From an uncultured Gammaproteobacteria bacterium (GTDB taxonomy: Bacteria; Patescibacteriota; Microgenomatia; UBA12405), in NCBI GenBank assembly GCA_964503465.1, contig CAZCYZ010000001.1, positions 129,702 to 193,701 on the forward strand: 64,000 nucleotides of DNA. Direction: 5' to 3'. The translations under genes were made by a program, and so were the position numbers. Positions 28,687 to 36,675 of this stretch are shown one piece after another. Each line of letters begins with the position of its first letter. Positions within the stretch are counted from its first letter, which is position 1. A model generated the notes under the pieces. The model was given only the letters and a program-made list of their open reading frames with translations, made no database searches and had not been told where the DNA came from.

Positions 28687-28701
28687 CAGTCAGCATATTA
28701 T
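28673..28701 (+). promoter_or_regulatory. sigma-70-like promoter of the hrcA-grpE-dnaK-dnaJ operon
   Basis: TTGACA (28673-28678), a 17-nt spacer, then TATTAT (28696-28701). It overlaps the CIRCE inverted repeat. Confidence 0.55.
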
Positions 28702-28709
28702 ATTGCTAA
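28683..28709 (+). promoter_or_regulatory. CIRCE-like HrcA operator
   Basis: TTAGCAGTC-N9-TATTGCTAA, compared with the consensus TTAGCACTC-N9-GAGTGCTAA. The outer TTAGCA/TGCTAA arms are perfectly inverted. The element ends 1 nt before the hrcA ATG. Confidence 0.7.
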
Positions 28710-28710
28710 T

Positions 28711-29448
28711 ATGCCAGATCTAACTCAACGACAAATCAAAATTCTCAAGTGTATTGCCGAGGAATTTATCAATTCCGCTGAACCAGTTGGTTCAGAAACA
28801 CTGGAAAGAAAATACAACCTAGGAATTTCCTCTGCTACCATCCGAAATGAAATGTCAGCCTTAACTCAGTTAGGGTTTCTTAAAAAAGGCCATCTTTCTG
28901 CCGGCCGTAGTCCTACCTCGATGGGCCTTAAATATTATGTTAGAAATCTTTTGGTCCCAAAAAACTTAACCGTTACCGAAGAAGTTGGTGTCAAAGAAAA
29001 AGTTTGGGACTATAGAAATGAGTTTGAAAAACTTATTAAGGAATCAACTCGAGAACTAGCTAATCGTTGTCGTGGTATGGCTATTGCCACCACTGATCAA
29101 GGCTCCCTCTTTTGCTATGGTGCTAGCAATTTACTGGAGGAGCCAGAATTTTACAATATTGATGTTACCAAGACTGTTCTTTCTCTGATTGATAACGTCA
29201 ACTATTGGTTTGAAATGGTCAACAAATCTGGTCCACATGACCCTAATTCTGCCGAAATAGTTCACCTTCTTATTGGTGAAGACCTGGGAATGGAACATCT
29301 CGAACCATGCGGTTTTATTTATCAACATTACCAATCTGGTCCTCATCATGGCATTATGGGGGTTGTTGGCCCAGCCAGACTTCACTACCAAACAGTTATT
29401 CCCTTGGTTGACTACTTTGCTCAATTGCTTTCCACTATTAGCCGTTAA
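28711..29448 (+). CDS. hrcA: heat-inducible transcription repressor HrcA (short form, 245 aa)
   Basis: N-terminal winged-helix LTQRQIKILKCIAEEFINSAEPVGSETL...ISSATIRNEMSALTQLGFL. It lies directly upstream of grpE-dnaK-dnaJ. Confidence 0.85.
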   Translation: MPDLTQRQIKILKCIAEEFINSAEPVGSETLERKYNLGISSATIRNEMSALTQLGFLKKGHLSAGRSPTSMGLKYYVRNLLVPKNLTVTEEVGVKEKVWDYRNEFEKLIKESTRELANRCRGMAIATTDQGSLFCYGASNLLEEPEFYNIDVTKTVLSLIDNVNYWFEMVNKSGPHDPNSAEIVHLLIGEDLGMEHLEPCGFIYQHYQSGPHHGIMGVVGPARLHYQTVIPLVDYFAQLLSTISR

Positions 29449-29454
29449 TTGTCT

Positions 29455-29922
29455 ATGACCACCAAGAAAAAATCCACTACCAACAATCAACATCTTGAGC
29501 TTCAAACACAAATTAATAGTCTTCGTGACCAGTTGGCACGATCTTTAGCTGATTATTCCAACCTCGAAAAACGAGTCGATAGTCAGCGACAATTAATTGC
29601 TACTCTCGCCTCGGCTACCATTGTTACCAAGATGGTCGAAGTCCTCGATGATCTTTATCTTGCTCAAGACCATCTCCGCAACCCAGGTCTCCAAATTGCC
29701 GTCGACAAATTATTAAACATCCTTAAGTCCGAAGGACTGGTCGAAATCAACGCTATCAATCAGCCTTTTGATCCAGAAACCATGGACTGTGTCGAAGTAT
29801 CTATTGGACCACAAGACCAAGTAACTGAGGTCAAAAAGAAAGGTTATCTTCTCAATAACCATTGTCTTCGTCCTGCCAAGGTCGTGGTTGGCAAAGAAGA
29901 TGCTCCAAACAAAAAATTATAA
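29455..29922 (+). CDS. grpE: nucleotide exchange factor GrpE
   Basis: Coiled-coil [23 protein letters not shown] and a C-terminal beta domain FDPETMDCV...[16 protein letters not shown]. The ATG is at 29455; the track start at 29449 is TTG. Confidence 0.88.
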   Translation: MTTKKKSTTNNQHLELQTQINSLRDQLARSLADYSNLEKRVDSQRQLIATLASATIVTKMVEVLDDLYLAQDHLRNPGLQIAVDKLLNILKSEGLVEINAINQPFDPETMDCVEVSIGPQDQVTEVKKKGYLLNNHCLRPAKVVVGKEDAPNKKL

Positions 29923-29939
29923 GTTTTAAATTAAATAAT

Positions 29940-31847
29940 ATGTCAACTAACAAAATCATTGGTATCGATTTAGGTACCACCAACTCTTGTGTCGCTGTTA
30001 TGGAAGGTGGTACTCCAAAAGTAATTCTTACTTCGGAGGGCCGCAATATCATTCCTTCGGTGGTTGAACCAATCAAAAAATTAGTTGGTGATCTGGCCAA
30101 AAGGCAAATGGTCCTTAATCCCGAAAATACCATCTATAGTATCAAACGTCTTATGGGTCGACGTATTGATGACGAACAGGTCAAGAAAACCCAAAAGATT
30201 GCCCCCTACAAAATTGTTGCCGGTAAGGACAACATGGCTGCTGTTGATATCAACGGTAAAATTTATACACCTCAAGAAATTTCAGCCATGATTCTTCAAA
30301 AAGCCAAAACTGATGCTGAAAAATACCTTGGTGACAAAGTTACCGATGCCGTCATTACTGTTCCAGCCTATTTTGATGATTCTCAACGCCAGGCTACTAA
30401 ACAAGCCGGCGAAATCGCTGGGCTTAAAGTTCAAAGAATTGTCAATGAACCTACTGCTTCCGCTCTAGCCTATGGTCTTGACAAGAAGAAAAAAGGTATT
30501 GTTGCTGTTTATGATCTTGGTGGTGGAACTTTTGATATTTCCATTCTTGAAATCGGCGACGGTGTTTTTGAAGTTAAAGCTACCAATGGTGACACCTTTC
30601 TTGGCGGTGATGATTTTGATCAGAAAATTATTAATTGGCTTTTGGATAGTTTTCAAAAAGACCATGGAGTTGATCTAACCAAAGATCCTCAGGCCCTTCA
30701 ACGTATTCGTGAGGCTGCTGAGAAGGCCAAAATTGAGTTAAGTAGTACCGTTGAGACCGAAATTAACCTTCCTTTTATTACCCAAAAAGATGGTCAACCG
30801 CTTCATTTAACCGTCAAACTGACCCGAGCTGAGTTGGAGAAAATGGTTGATGATTTAATTCAAAAAACCATCAAACCAGTTGAATTGTGCCTCAAAGATG
30901 CGGGTATCTCCAAAGGTGAGGTCACCGACGTTATTATGGTTGGTGGTATGACCCGAATGCCCAAAGTTCTTGAGGTTGTCAAAGACTTTTTTGGTAAAGA
31001 TCCCAATACTAGTGTTAATCCTGATGAGGTCGTCGCTGTTGGTGCCGCCGTTCAGGGAGCTGTTCTTTCCGGCGACGTCAAAGATATTGTTCTTCTTGAC
31101 GTCACTCCTCTTACCTTGGGTATCGAAACTGCTGGTGGAGTCCGTACTCCTCTAATTGATCGCAACACTACTGTCCCGACCAAAAAATCTCAAGTATTTA
31201 CCACCTATTCTGACAACCAGCCTCAAGTTGAGGTTAACGTTCTTCAGGGTGAACGTCCCATGGCTGTCGACAACAAATCACTTGGCCGGTTCATTCTTGA
31301 TGGTATTGCTCCAGCTCCGCGTGGCATGCCCCAAATTGAAGTCACTTTTGACATCGACAGTAACGGTATTCTTTCGGTGTCAGCCAAAGATAAAGGCACC
31401 GGCAAAGAGCAAAAGATTACCATTCAAAATGCCACCAACCTCTCCGAGGAAGAAGTCGAAAAAATGCGCAAAGACGCCGAATCCCATGCCAATGATGACG
31501 AGGTCAAGCGCCTTTTGGCTGAAAGTCGGAACCGTCTTGATGCCACCATCTTCAGTGCCGAAAAAACCCTCAAAGACTTTGCTGATAAAGTTAAGCCAGA
31601 AGATAAGTCAAAAATTGAGGACAAGGTTAAAGAAGCCAAGGAACTTCTTGTCAAAACTGACGCCAGCAAAGAGGATTTTAACAAAACTAGTGATGAATTG
31701 TCTCAAATCCTCCAGGTTGTCGGTCAGGCGGTTTATCAACAGCAAACTCCTCCGCCAACTGGTGAGCAACAATCCACGTCGGAAGAACCAAAAACCGATA
31801 CTAAAACCGACACCAAAACCGCCGAAGAAGGGGAAATTGTTAAATAA
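29940..31847 (+). CDS. dnaK: molecular chaperone DnaK (Hsp70)
   Basis: Motifs [27 protein letters not shown] and VGGMTRMP. The family-typical start is the ATG at 29940; the track start at 29862 is an in-frame upstream extension overlapping grpE. Confidence 0.97.
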   Translation: MSTNKIIGIDLGTTNSCVAVMEGGTPKVILTSEGRNIIPSVVEPIKKLVGDLAKRQMVLNPENTIYSIKRLMGRRIDDEQVKKTQKIAPYKIVAGKDNMAAVDINGKIYTPQEISAMILQKAKTDAEKYLGDKVTDAVITVPAYFDDSQRQATKQAGEIAGLKVQRIVNEPTASALAYGLDKKKKGIVAVYDLGGGTFDISILEIGDGVFEVKATNGDTFLGGDDFDQKIINWLLDSFQKDHGVDLTKDPQALQRIREAAEKAKIELSSTVETEINLPFITQKDGQPLHLTVKLTRAELEKMVDDLIQKTIKPVELCLKDAGISKGEVTDVIMVGGMTRMPKVLEVVKDFFGKDPNTSVNPDEVVAVGAAVQGAVLSGDVKDIVLLDVTPLTLGIETAGGVRTPLIDRNTTVPTKKSQVFTTYSDNQPQVEVNVLQGERPMAVDNKSLGRFILDGIAPAPRGMPQIEVTFDIDSNGILSVSAKDKGTGKEQKITIQNATNLSEEEVEKMRKDAESHANDDEVKRLLAESRNRLDATIFSAEKTLKDFADKVKPEDKSKIEDKVKEAKELLVKTDASKEDFNKTSDELSQILQVVGQAVYQQQTPPPTGEQQSTSEEPKTDTKTDTKTAEEGEIVK

Positions 31848-31867
31848 AATTAATTTTTATATTGGTA

Positions 31868-31888
31868 GGGCGGACCTCGTGTCCGCCC
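31868..31888 (+). promoter_or_regulatory. GC-rich hairpin between dnaK and dnaJ (no U-tract)
   Basis: GGGCGGAC-ctcgt-GTCCGCCC forms a perfect 8-bp stem with a 5-nt loop. It is followed by gttatgat, which is not T-rich, so it is more likely an mRNA stability or partial-attenuation element than an intrinsic terminator. Confidence 0.5.
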
Positions 31889-31901
31889 GTTATGATATCA
31901 G

Positions 31902-32768
31902 ATGAAACGCGATTATTACGAAGTTTTGGGGGTCAACAAATCTGCCTCAACGGCAGACATCAAATCGGCCTATCGCAAAAAAGCCATGGAATGGCATCCT
32001 GATCGCAACAAGTCCACCGATGCTGAAGAAAAATTCAAGGAAATCAACGAAGCTTATGAAATTTTAAGTAATAGTCAAAAGAAGCAGGCCTACGACCAAT
32101 TCGGTCATGCTGCTTTTGACCCATCTTCTGGAGCCTCTGGTGGTCACACCTATACCGACCGCAGTGGCCCTTTCACCTACACCTGGAGTAGTGGTGGTCA
32201 AAACCCATTCGGCGGTAATGCTGACTTTGATTTTGGAGGTTTTAGCAATCCTTTTGATATTTTCGAACAATTCTTTGGTACTGGCGGCTTCCAATATGGT
32301 GGCCGTCAACAAAAACGTCTTGCTACCTACAAAATTCAACTTACTTTTCTTGAAGCTGCCAAGGGTTGCGACAAAGAAGTCGAGATCGACGGTAAACGCA
32401 AAACTATCAAAATACCTGCCGGAGTTGATGATGGCCAACGAATTAAATTTACTGACTTTATCCTTTATGTTGACGTCATTCCTGACAATATTTTCAAACG
32501 TGACGGCAACGATGTTTACATCAACCAAATTATTAGTTTTTCTACTGCAGTCCTTGGGGCCGATATCGAAGTTCCTACCCTCAATGGTTCTCTCAAAGTT
32601 CGAGTCAAACCAGGCACTCAACCCAACACTCTGATTCGCCTTCAGTCAAAAGGTATTCGTGACGTCAATGGTTATGGATACGGTGATTTCTATATCAGAT
32701 TGATCGTTGAAGTCCCCACCCGTCTCTCTTCTCGTCAGAAAGAATTGCTAAAAGAGCTCGAGTTGTAA
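31902..32768 (+). CDS. dnaJ: J-domain co-chaperone DnaJ/CbpA-like (class II: no zinc-finger domain)
   Basis: J domain DYYEVLGV...YRKKAMEWHPDRN, a Gly/Phe-rich linker and C-terminal substrate-binding domains. No CxxCxGxG repeats occur anywhere in the 288 aa. Confidence 0.88.
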   Translation: MKRDYYEVLGVNKSASTADIKSAYRKKAMEWHPDRNKSTDAEEKFKEINEAYEILSNSQKKQAYDQFGHAAFDPSSGASGGHTYTDRSGPFTYTWSSGGQNPFGGNADFDFGGFSNPFDIFEQFFGTGGFQYGGRQQKRLATYKIQLTFLEAAKGCDKEVEIDGKRKTIKIPAGVDDGQRIKFTDFILYVDVIPDNIFKRDGNDVYINQIISFSTAVLGADIEVPTLNGSLKVRVKPGTQPNTLIRLQSKGIRDVNGYGYGDFYIRLIVEVPTRLSSRQKELLKELEL

Positions 32769-32802
32769 TATAATACCCTAGCACTATTAATTGGTATCAC
32801 TC

Positions 32803-32829
32803 AAAGGGGCTGTGGACGGCCCCTTTTTT
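32803..32829 (+). terminator. rho-independent terminator after dnaJ
   Basis: AAAGGGGC-tgtggacg-GCCCCTTT followed by TTT, giving T24-T29 a run of six T. It lies 35 nt after the dnaJ stop. Confidence 0.6.
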
Positions 32830-32836
32830 AATAAAA

Positions 32837-33835
32837 ATGGATCTTAGAAAGTTACCAAAAACCGAGTTTGCCGCCGCCGTCGCTCAAATTGCCGGCGAAC
32901 GCAACATTGATGTTCAGTCTATCCTTGATTCTATTGAGTTAGGTTTAATTTCTGCCTATAAACGTGACCAGAAAGAACACGGGATTATTATCCCCGATGA
33001 AGATCAGTTTGAGGCTGAATTAAGCCCTGAAACTGGTTCATTTAAAGTTTTTAAAATTGAAGCCAAAAAACGTATTGATGTTACTCCTCCTGGTTTTGGT
33101 CGTATTGCTGCTCAAACAGCCAAACAAGTTATTGACCAAAAAATTCATGAAGCCGAAAAGGCGGTCATCATTACCGAATACCAAAAGAAAATCGGCACCC
33201 TTCTACCTGGTTCCGTTCTCAAGGCTGACCCACACAAATTAACCGTCGGTATTGGTAAAACTGAAGGAGTTTGTCCTCGGGACGAGCAGATAAAAGGGGA
33301 GATTCTTCCCATTGGCGCTCGTAAGCTTTTTTTGCTTCGAGCCATCGTTGTTGATCCTGAAACCGGTAGAAGCGATATCGTCCTTTCACGTCGCGATCCC
33401 GAGTTTATTAAGGAACTATTTGCCCGAGAAGTTCCCGAAGTTGGTAATCGCGGAGTCATTGTTGAGGCTATCGCTCGTGAAGCAGGAGAACGAACAAAGA
33501 TTGCCGTTTCATCTTCCCAGCCGGGTATTGATCCAGTTGGTTCCTGTATCGGTCAAAAAGGCTCACGAATTCAAGCGGTTCTAAATGAACTGCCCCAGTC
33601 GGAGAAAGTTGACGTTGTTCTTTATTCTAAAAATTCAAATCAATTTATCATCAACGCTCTATCTCCCGCCCAAAACGCCAAAGTAGTTTCGGTCACCAAT
33701 GGTGTTGCTGTTGTTGTCGTCCCCGAAGACCAACTAGCTCTAGCTATTGGGGCCGGTGGTGAGAATGTCCGTTTGGCTGGTATCTTGACCAATACCGACA
33801 TCAAAGTTCGATCGGAAAACGAAACTGTCAAATAA
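32837..33835 (+). CDS. nusA: transcription termination/antitermination factor NusA (short form)
   Basis: N-terminal domain, an S1-like segment and two KH motifs (GIDPVGSCIGQKGSRIQAV, AIGAGGENVRLAG). It lies upstream of infB. Confidence 0.9.
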   Translation: MDLRKLPKTEFAAAVAQIAGERNIDVQSILDSIELGLISAYKRDQKEHGIIIPDEDQFEAELSPETGSFKVFKIEAKKRIDVTPPGFGRIAAQTAKQVIDQKIHEAEKAVIITEYQKKIGTLLPGSVLKADPHKLTVGIGKTEGVCPRDEQIKGEILPIGARKLFLLRAIVVDPETGRSDIVLSRRDPEFIKELFAREVPEVGNRGVIVEAIAREAGERTKIAVSSSQPGIDPVGSCIGQKGSRIQAVLNELPQSEKVDVVLYSKNSNQFIINALSPAQNAKVVSVTNGVAVVVVPEDQLALAIGAGGENVRLAGILTNTDIKVRSENETVK

Positions 33836-33853
33836 CATTCCGGTTTTAAAAAT

Positions 33854-35311
33854 ATGTCCCAAGATTTACCTACCACCAAATTCCGCCCACCTATTGTAGC
33901 CGTCATGGGCCATATTGATCACGGCAAAACTAGCCTACTGGACCGCATTCGTTGCGCCAACGTTGCTGCTCGTGAGGCTGGTGGCATTACCCAACATATA
34001 TCTGCCTATCAAGTCGTAATTAAAACCAAAAAAAATAAAACCGGTATCATCACTTTCATCGATACTCCAGGTCACGCCGCTTTTTGCCAGATGCGTTCTC
34101 GCGGAGCCCTAACCACCGATTTGGTTGTTCTGGTAATCTCGGCCATCGATGGTGTCATGGCTCAAACCAGGGAGTGCATTGACCAAATAAAAAAAGCCAA
34201 TCTTCCAGTAATCGTTGTTGCCAACAAAGTTGATCTCTCTGGTATTCAGATGGAAAAAGTTAAGGGTCAATTAGTTGAGCTCGGATTAACTCCCGAAGAG
34301 TATGGTGGTCAAGTGCCCTTAATTTCTACTTCAGCCAAAACCGGTGAAGGTGTTGACGATCTGCTTGAATCCATTCTACTTCATGCCGAGGTTATGGAAC
34401 TAAAAAATGAACCACAATCACCACTCGAAGCGGTGGTTATCGAATCAAAACTTGATAAAAACCGGGGTCCAGTTGCCTTGGTCATTATCAAAAAAGGCAC
34501 TCTGTCAATCGGTGACCAGGTTTATTCCGACCAAATTGCTGGTAAAGTTAAAGCACTCTTCTCCCCCGACGGCAAGGCCATCAGTCAGGCCACACCCAGT
34601 TGTCCAGTTGAAATTTTAGGTTTTGAATCAGTGCCAGCTGTTGGTAGTCTTATCACCGATCATTTAACGTCTCTCACCTCGACTCCTCCAACTTCCCCAA
34701 AAACCACTTCCACAGCCGACAGTACCGCTTCTACTTTAAAACTTCCAATTGTTCTCAAGGCTGATGTTCAGGGTACTCTCGAGGCAATTCTTAATAGTTT
34801 TTCCGACGATGTTAAGGTTATCCATGCTGGTGTCGGCCCGGTCTCCGATAATGACATATTTTTAGCCAAACCCGCCAATGCTCAGATTTTTGCTTTCAAT
34901 GTAGCCGTGCCTCGGTTTATCCAGAATTTAGCCGACAACGAAAAAGTTAAGATTTTCCCCACTAAAATCATTTATGAAATTATCGAGACAGTTCAGAATC
35001 AAGTTCTTAAAATGCTTGAACCCACTATCGACGAAACCATACTTGGTCAGGCAACCGTCATCGCTGAATTTAATATCAATAAGGTTAGGATTGCCGGTAT
35101 CAAATGCACCAAAGGCGAGCTTAAGCCCGGTGACTCTGTCCACCTCAAGCGGGACGACAAAATCATCAAGGATACCAAGATAGAAGGCATCCGCCTTCAC
35201 AAAGACAGCGTCGACAAAGCTAAGGCTGGCCTCGAGTATGGAATCACCTTTAGACCTTATGTTGACTTTAAGTTAAACGATGTTATAATAGCCTATAAGG
35301 TTGAGAAATGA
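33854..35311 (+). CDS. infB: translation initiation factor IF-2 (N-terminally truncated form, 485 aa)
   Basis: It begins almost directly at the G domain: RPPIVAVMGHIDHGKTSLLD, DTPGHAAF, NKVD. Confidence 0.93.
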   Translation: MSQDLPTTKFRPPIVAVMGHIDHGKTSLLDRIRCANVAAREAGGITQHISAYQVVIKTKKNKTGIITFIDTPGHAAFCQMRSRGALTTDLVVLVISAIDGVMAQTRECIDQIKKANLPVIVVANKVDLSGIQMEKVKGQLVELGLTPEEYGGQVPLISTSAKTGEGVDDLLESILLHAEVMELKNEPQSPLEAVVIESKLDKNRGPVALVIIKKGTLSIGDQVYSDQIAGKVKALFSPDGKAISQATPSCPVEILGFESVPAVGSLITDHLTSLTSTPPTSPKTTSTADSTASTLKLPIVLKADVQGTLEAILNSFSDDVKVIHAGVGPVSDNDIFLAKPANAQIFAFNVAVPRFIQNLADNEKVKIFPTKIIYEIIETVQNQVLKMLEPTIDETILGQATVIAEFNINKVRIAGIKCTKGELKPGDSVHLKRDDKIIKDTKIEGIRLHKDSVDKAKAGLEYGITFRPYVDFKLNDVIIAYKVEK

Positions 35312-36177
35312 GCAGGTTAGCTAGTACCTTGTTTAACTCAACCCCACCGATCAATAATCAATTCGAAAGCAGGTCGAATATGAAAAACTACAATGTCAGT
35401 CAAATTAAACCCCTTCTTGCTCAGGCTAAATCTGCCCTGGTCGTTGTTCCTCAACTAAGTGTCGATAGTGTCGGCGCCGCTCTGGCCCTTGCCTTAGGTC
35501 TAAAGAAAAATAATCTCGAAGTTAAAGTTTATTGTCCACAAAAAACTGACAATAACTATTCCAAACTCAGTGGTCTTGACCTTTTGACCGACAGTATCAG
35601 CCTCAACGACTTGGTAGTTTCTCTAGATTATCCGGTTGATCAAATCGAGCAGGTCTCCTATAACGATGACGGTGGTCATCTTAACCTGGTGGTCAAAACC
35701 AAATCAGGTGCCCCAAAAGTTGAAAATAATCAGATTCTTATTAACAATCAATCCTCTTCTGCCGACCTTTGTTTTATTCTGGGCGATGAAACTGGCTTGG
35801 GGGTCAATTCCTCTATGATCAACAAAGGTAATTGGATTCTTATTTCCCCAATCGAAGTGACCAAAGCCTGGGCCAAAGCTTCCTTGATCGACCCAGATGC
35901 TCCTTATTCCGAAATCTTTACCTTTCTTTTGCCCATGCTCGGTTTGGAACTGGACATGGACACTGGCAAGAATCTGTTGATAGGGCTTCGGGTTGCCACC
36001 CAATCTTTTTCAGTCAATGTTTCTCCAGAAACATTTGAAGCTGGAGCTATCTGTCTTCGGGCAACTCAGCCAGAAGATAATCTAGCTTCACCCGAAACAA
36101 CTCCGATTCAAAATGTTGAAAAAACCGGTGGTATTGTCCCCGGTACCAACAAACCCAACCCCACTCCAACGATTTGA
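35308..36177 (+). CDS. hypothetical protein (possibly a degenerate DHH-like fold; alternative start at 35380)
   Basis: 289-aa ORF coupled to infB by an ATGA overlap. The segment ALVVVPQLSVDSVGAALALALGL loosely recalls DHH motif I, but the catalytic DHH/GGGH motifs are not evident. Confidence 0.45.
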   Translation: MSRLASTLFNSTPPINNQFESRSNMKNYNVSQIKPLLAQAKSALVVVPQLSVDSVGAALALALGLKKNNLEVKVYCPQKTDNNYSKLSGLDLLTDSISLNDLVVSLDYPVDQIEQVSYNDDGGHLNLVVKTKSGAPKVENNQILINNQSSSADLCFILGDETGLGVNSSMINKGNWILISPIEVTKAWAKASLIDPDAPYSEIFTFLLPMLGLELDMDTGKNLLIGLRVATQSFSVNVSPETFEAGAICLRATQPEDNLASPETTPIQNVEKTGGIVPGTNKPNPTPTI

Positions 36178-36272
36178 TGTAAAGTGCTAAAATAATCATG
36201 TGGTCAAGGTTAAACATCCGTTAGCCCGACTGGTAATTGCTTTTGATTTATTTCTTTTGGCTTTGTTCTTCT

Positions 36273-36302
36273 TTGTGAAAGTGGCCGGATTAATGCTATA
36301 AT
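36273..36302 (+). promoter_or_regulatory. candidate rpsO promoter
   Basis: TTGTGA (36273-36278), an 18-nt spacer, then TGc-TATAAT (36297-36302, extended -10). This would give a 5' UTR of about 70 nt. Confidence 0.4.
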
Positions 36303-36318
36303 CCTCTCTGTTCACCTC

Positions 36319-36364
36319 AATCGGTATTTTGGTTGCCATTCCAAAATTAATTATTGCACCGATT
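36319..36364 (+). promoter_or_regulatory. structured rpsO 5' leader (candidate S15 autoregulatory element)
   Basis: AATCGGT (36319-25) pairs with ACCGATT (36358-64). ATTTTGG (36326-32) pairs with CCAAAAT (36341-47). Together they form a 14-bp interrupted hairpin with an 8-nt loop and a 10-nt 3' bulge, ending just before an AAGG SD-like box. Confidence 0.4.
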
Positions 36365-36379
36365 AAGGCGATATAAACC

Positions 36380-36649
36380 ATGGCTCTATCCAAACAGGAC
36401 AAGCAGGACATTATTACCAAATTTTCTCAAGCTAAGGGTGATACCGGTTCTCCCGAAATTCAAGTCGCTATTCTTAGCCTTGAAATCACCAGGCTCCAGG
36501 AACATTTAGCCGCCAACAAACACGACTCACCGGCCAAACGTGGTCTATTAAGTAAAATTGCCAAACGTCGCCGATTATTACGTTATCTTTCTGCTCACAA
36601 TCCAGAACGTTACACCAAACTCACCAAAGACCTTGGTCTCAAGAAATAA
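36380..36649 (+). CDS. rpsO: 30S ribosomal protein S15
   Basis: 89 aa; GDTGSPEIQVAILSLEITRLQEHL...KHDSPAKRGLL...RRRLLRYL. Confidence 0.96.
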   Translation: MALSKQDKQDIITKFSQAKGDTGSPEIQVAILSLEITRLQEHLAANKHDSPAKRGLLSKIAKRRRLLRYLSAHNPERYTKLTKDLGLKK

Positions 36650-36675
36650 CAGCCTGGTATCTATATAATCAATCT

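Noticed and set aside
31156-31905. 249-aa + strand alternative-frame ORF over the 3' half of dnaK (also 31424-31684 minus)
   Set aside because: It lies within the unambiguous DnaK frame. The translation is Lys/Arg/Pro/Ser low-complexity, so it is a frame artefact.
32064-32634. 185-aa minus and 175-aa plus ORFs overlapping dnaJ
   Set aside because: Both overlap the recognisable DnaJ frame and neither has family features. They are shadow ORFs.
32779-32806. Second CIRCE-like sequence after dnaJ (tagcactattaattggtatcactc)
   Set aside because: It contains TAGCACT but has no inverted partner (no GAGTGCTAA-like arm). It sits next to the dnaJ terminator rather than a promoter.
36196-36420. 74-aa minus-strand ORF in the rpsO upstream region
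   Set aside because: It overlaps the rpsO start by 41 nt and covers the predicted promoter and leader. It has no motif and is more likely non-coding leader sequence.
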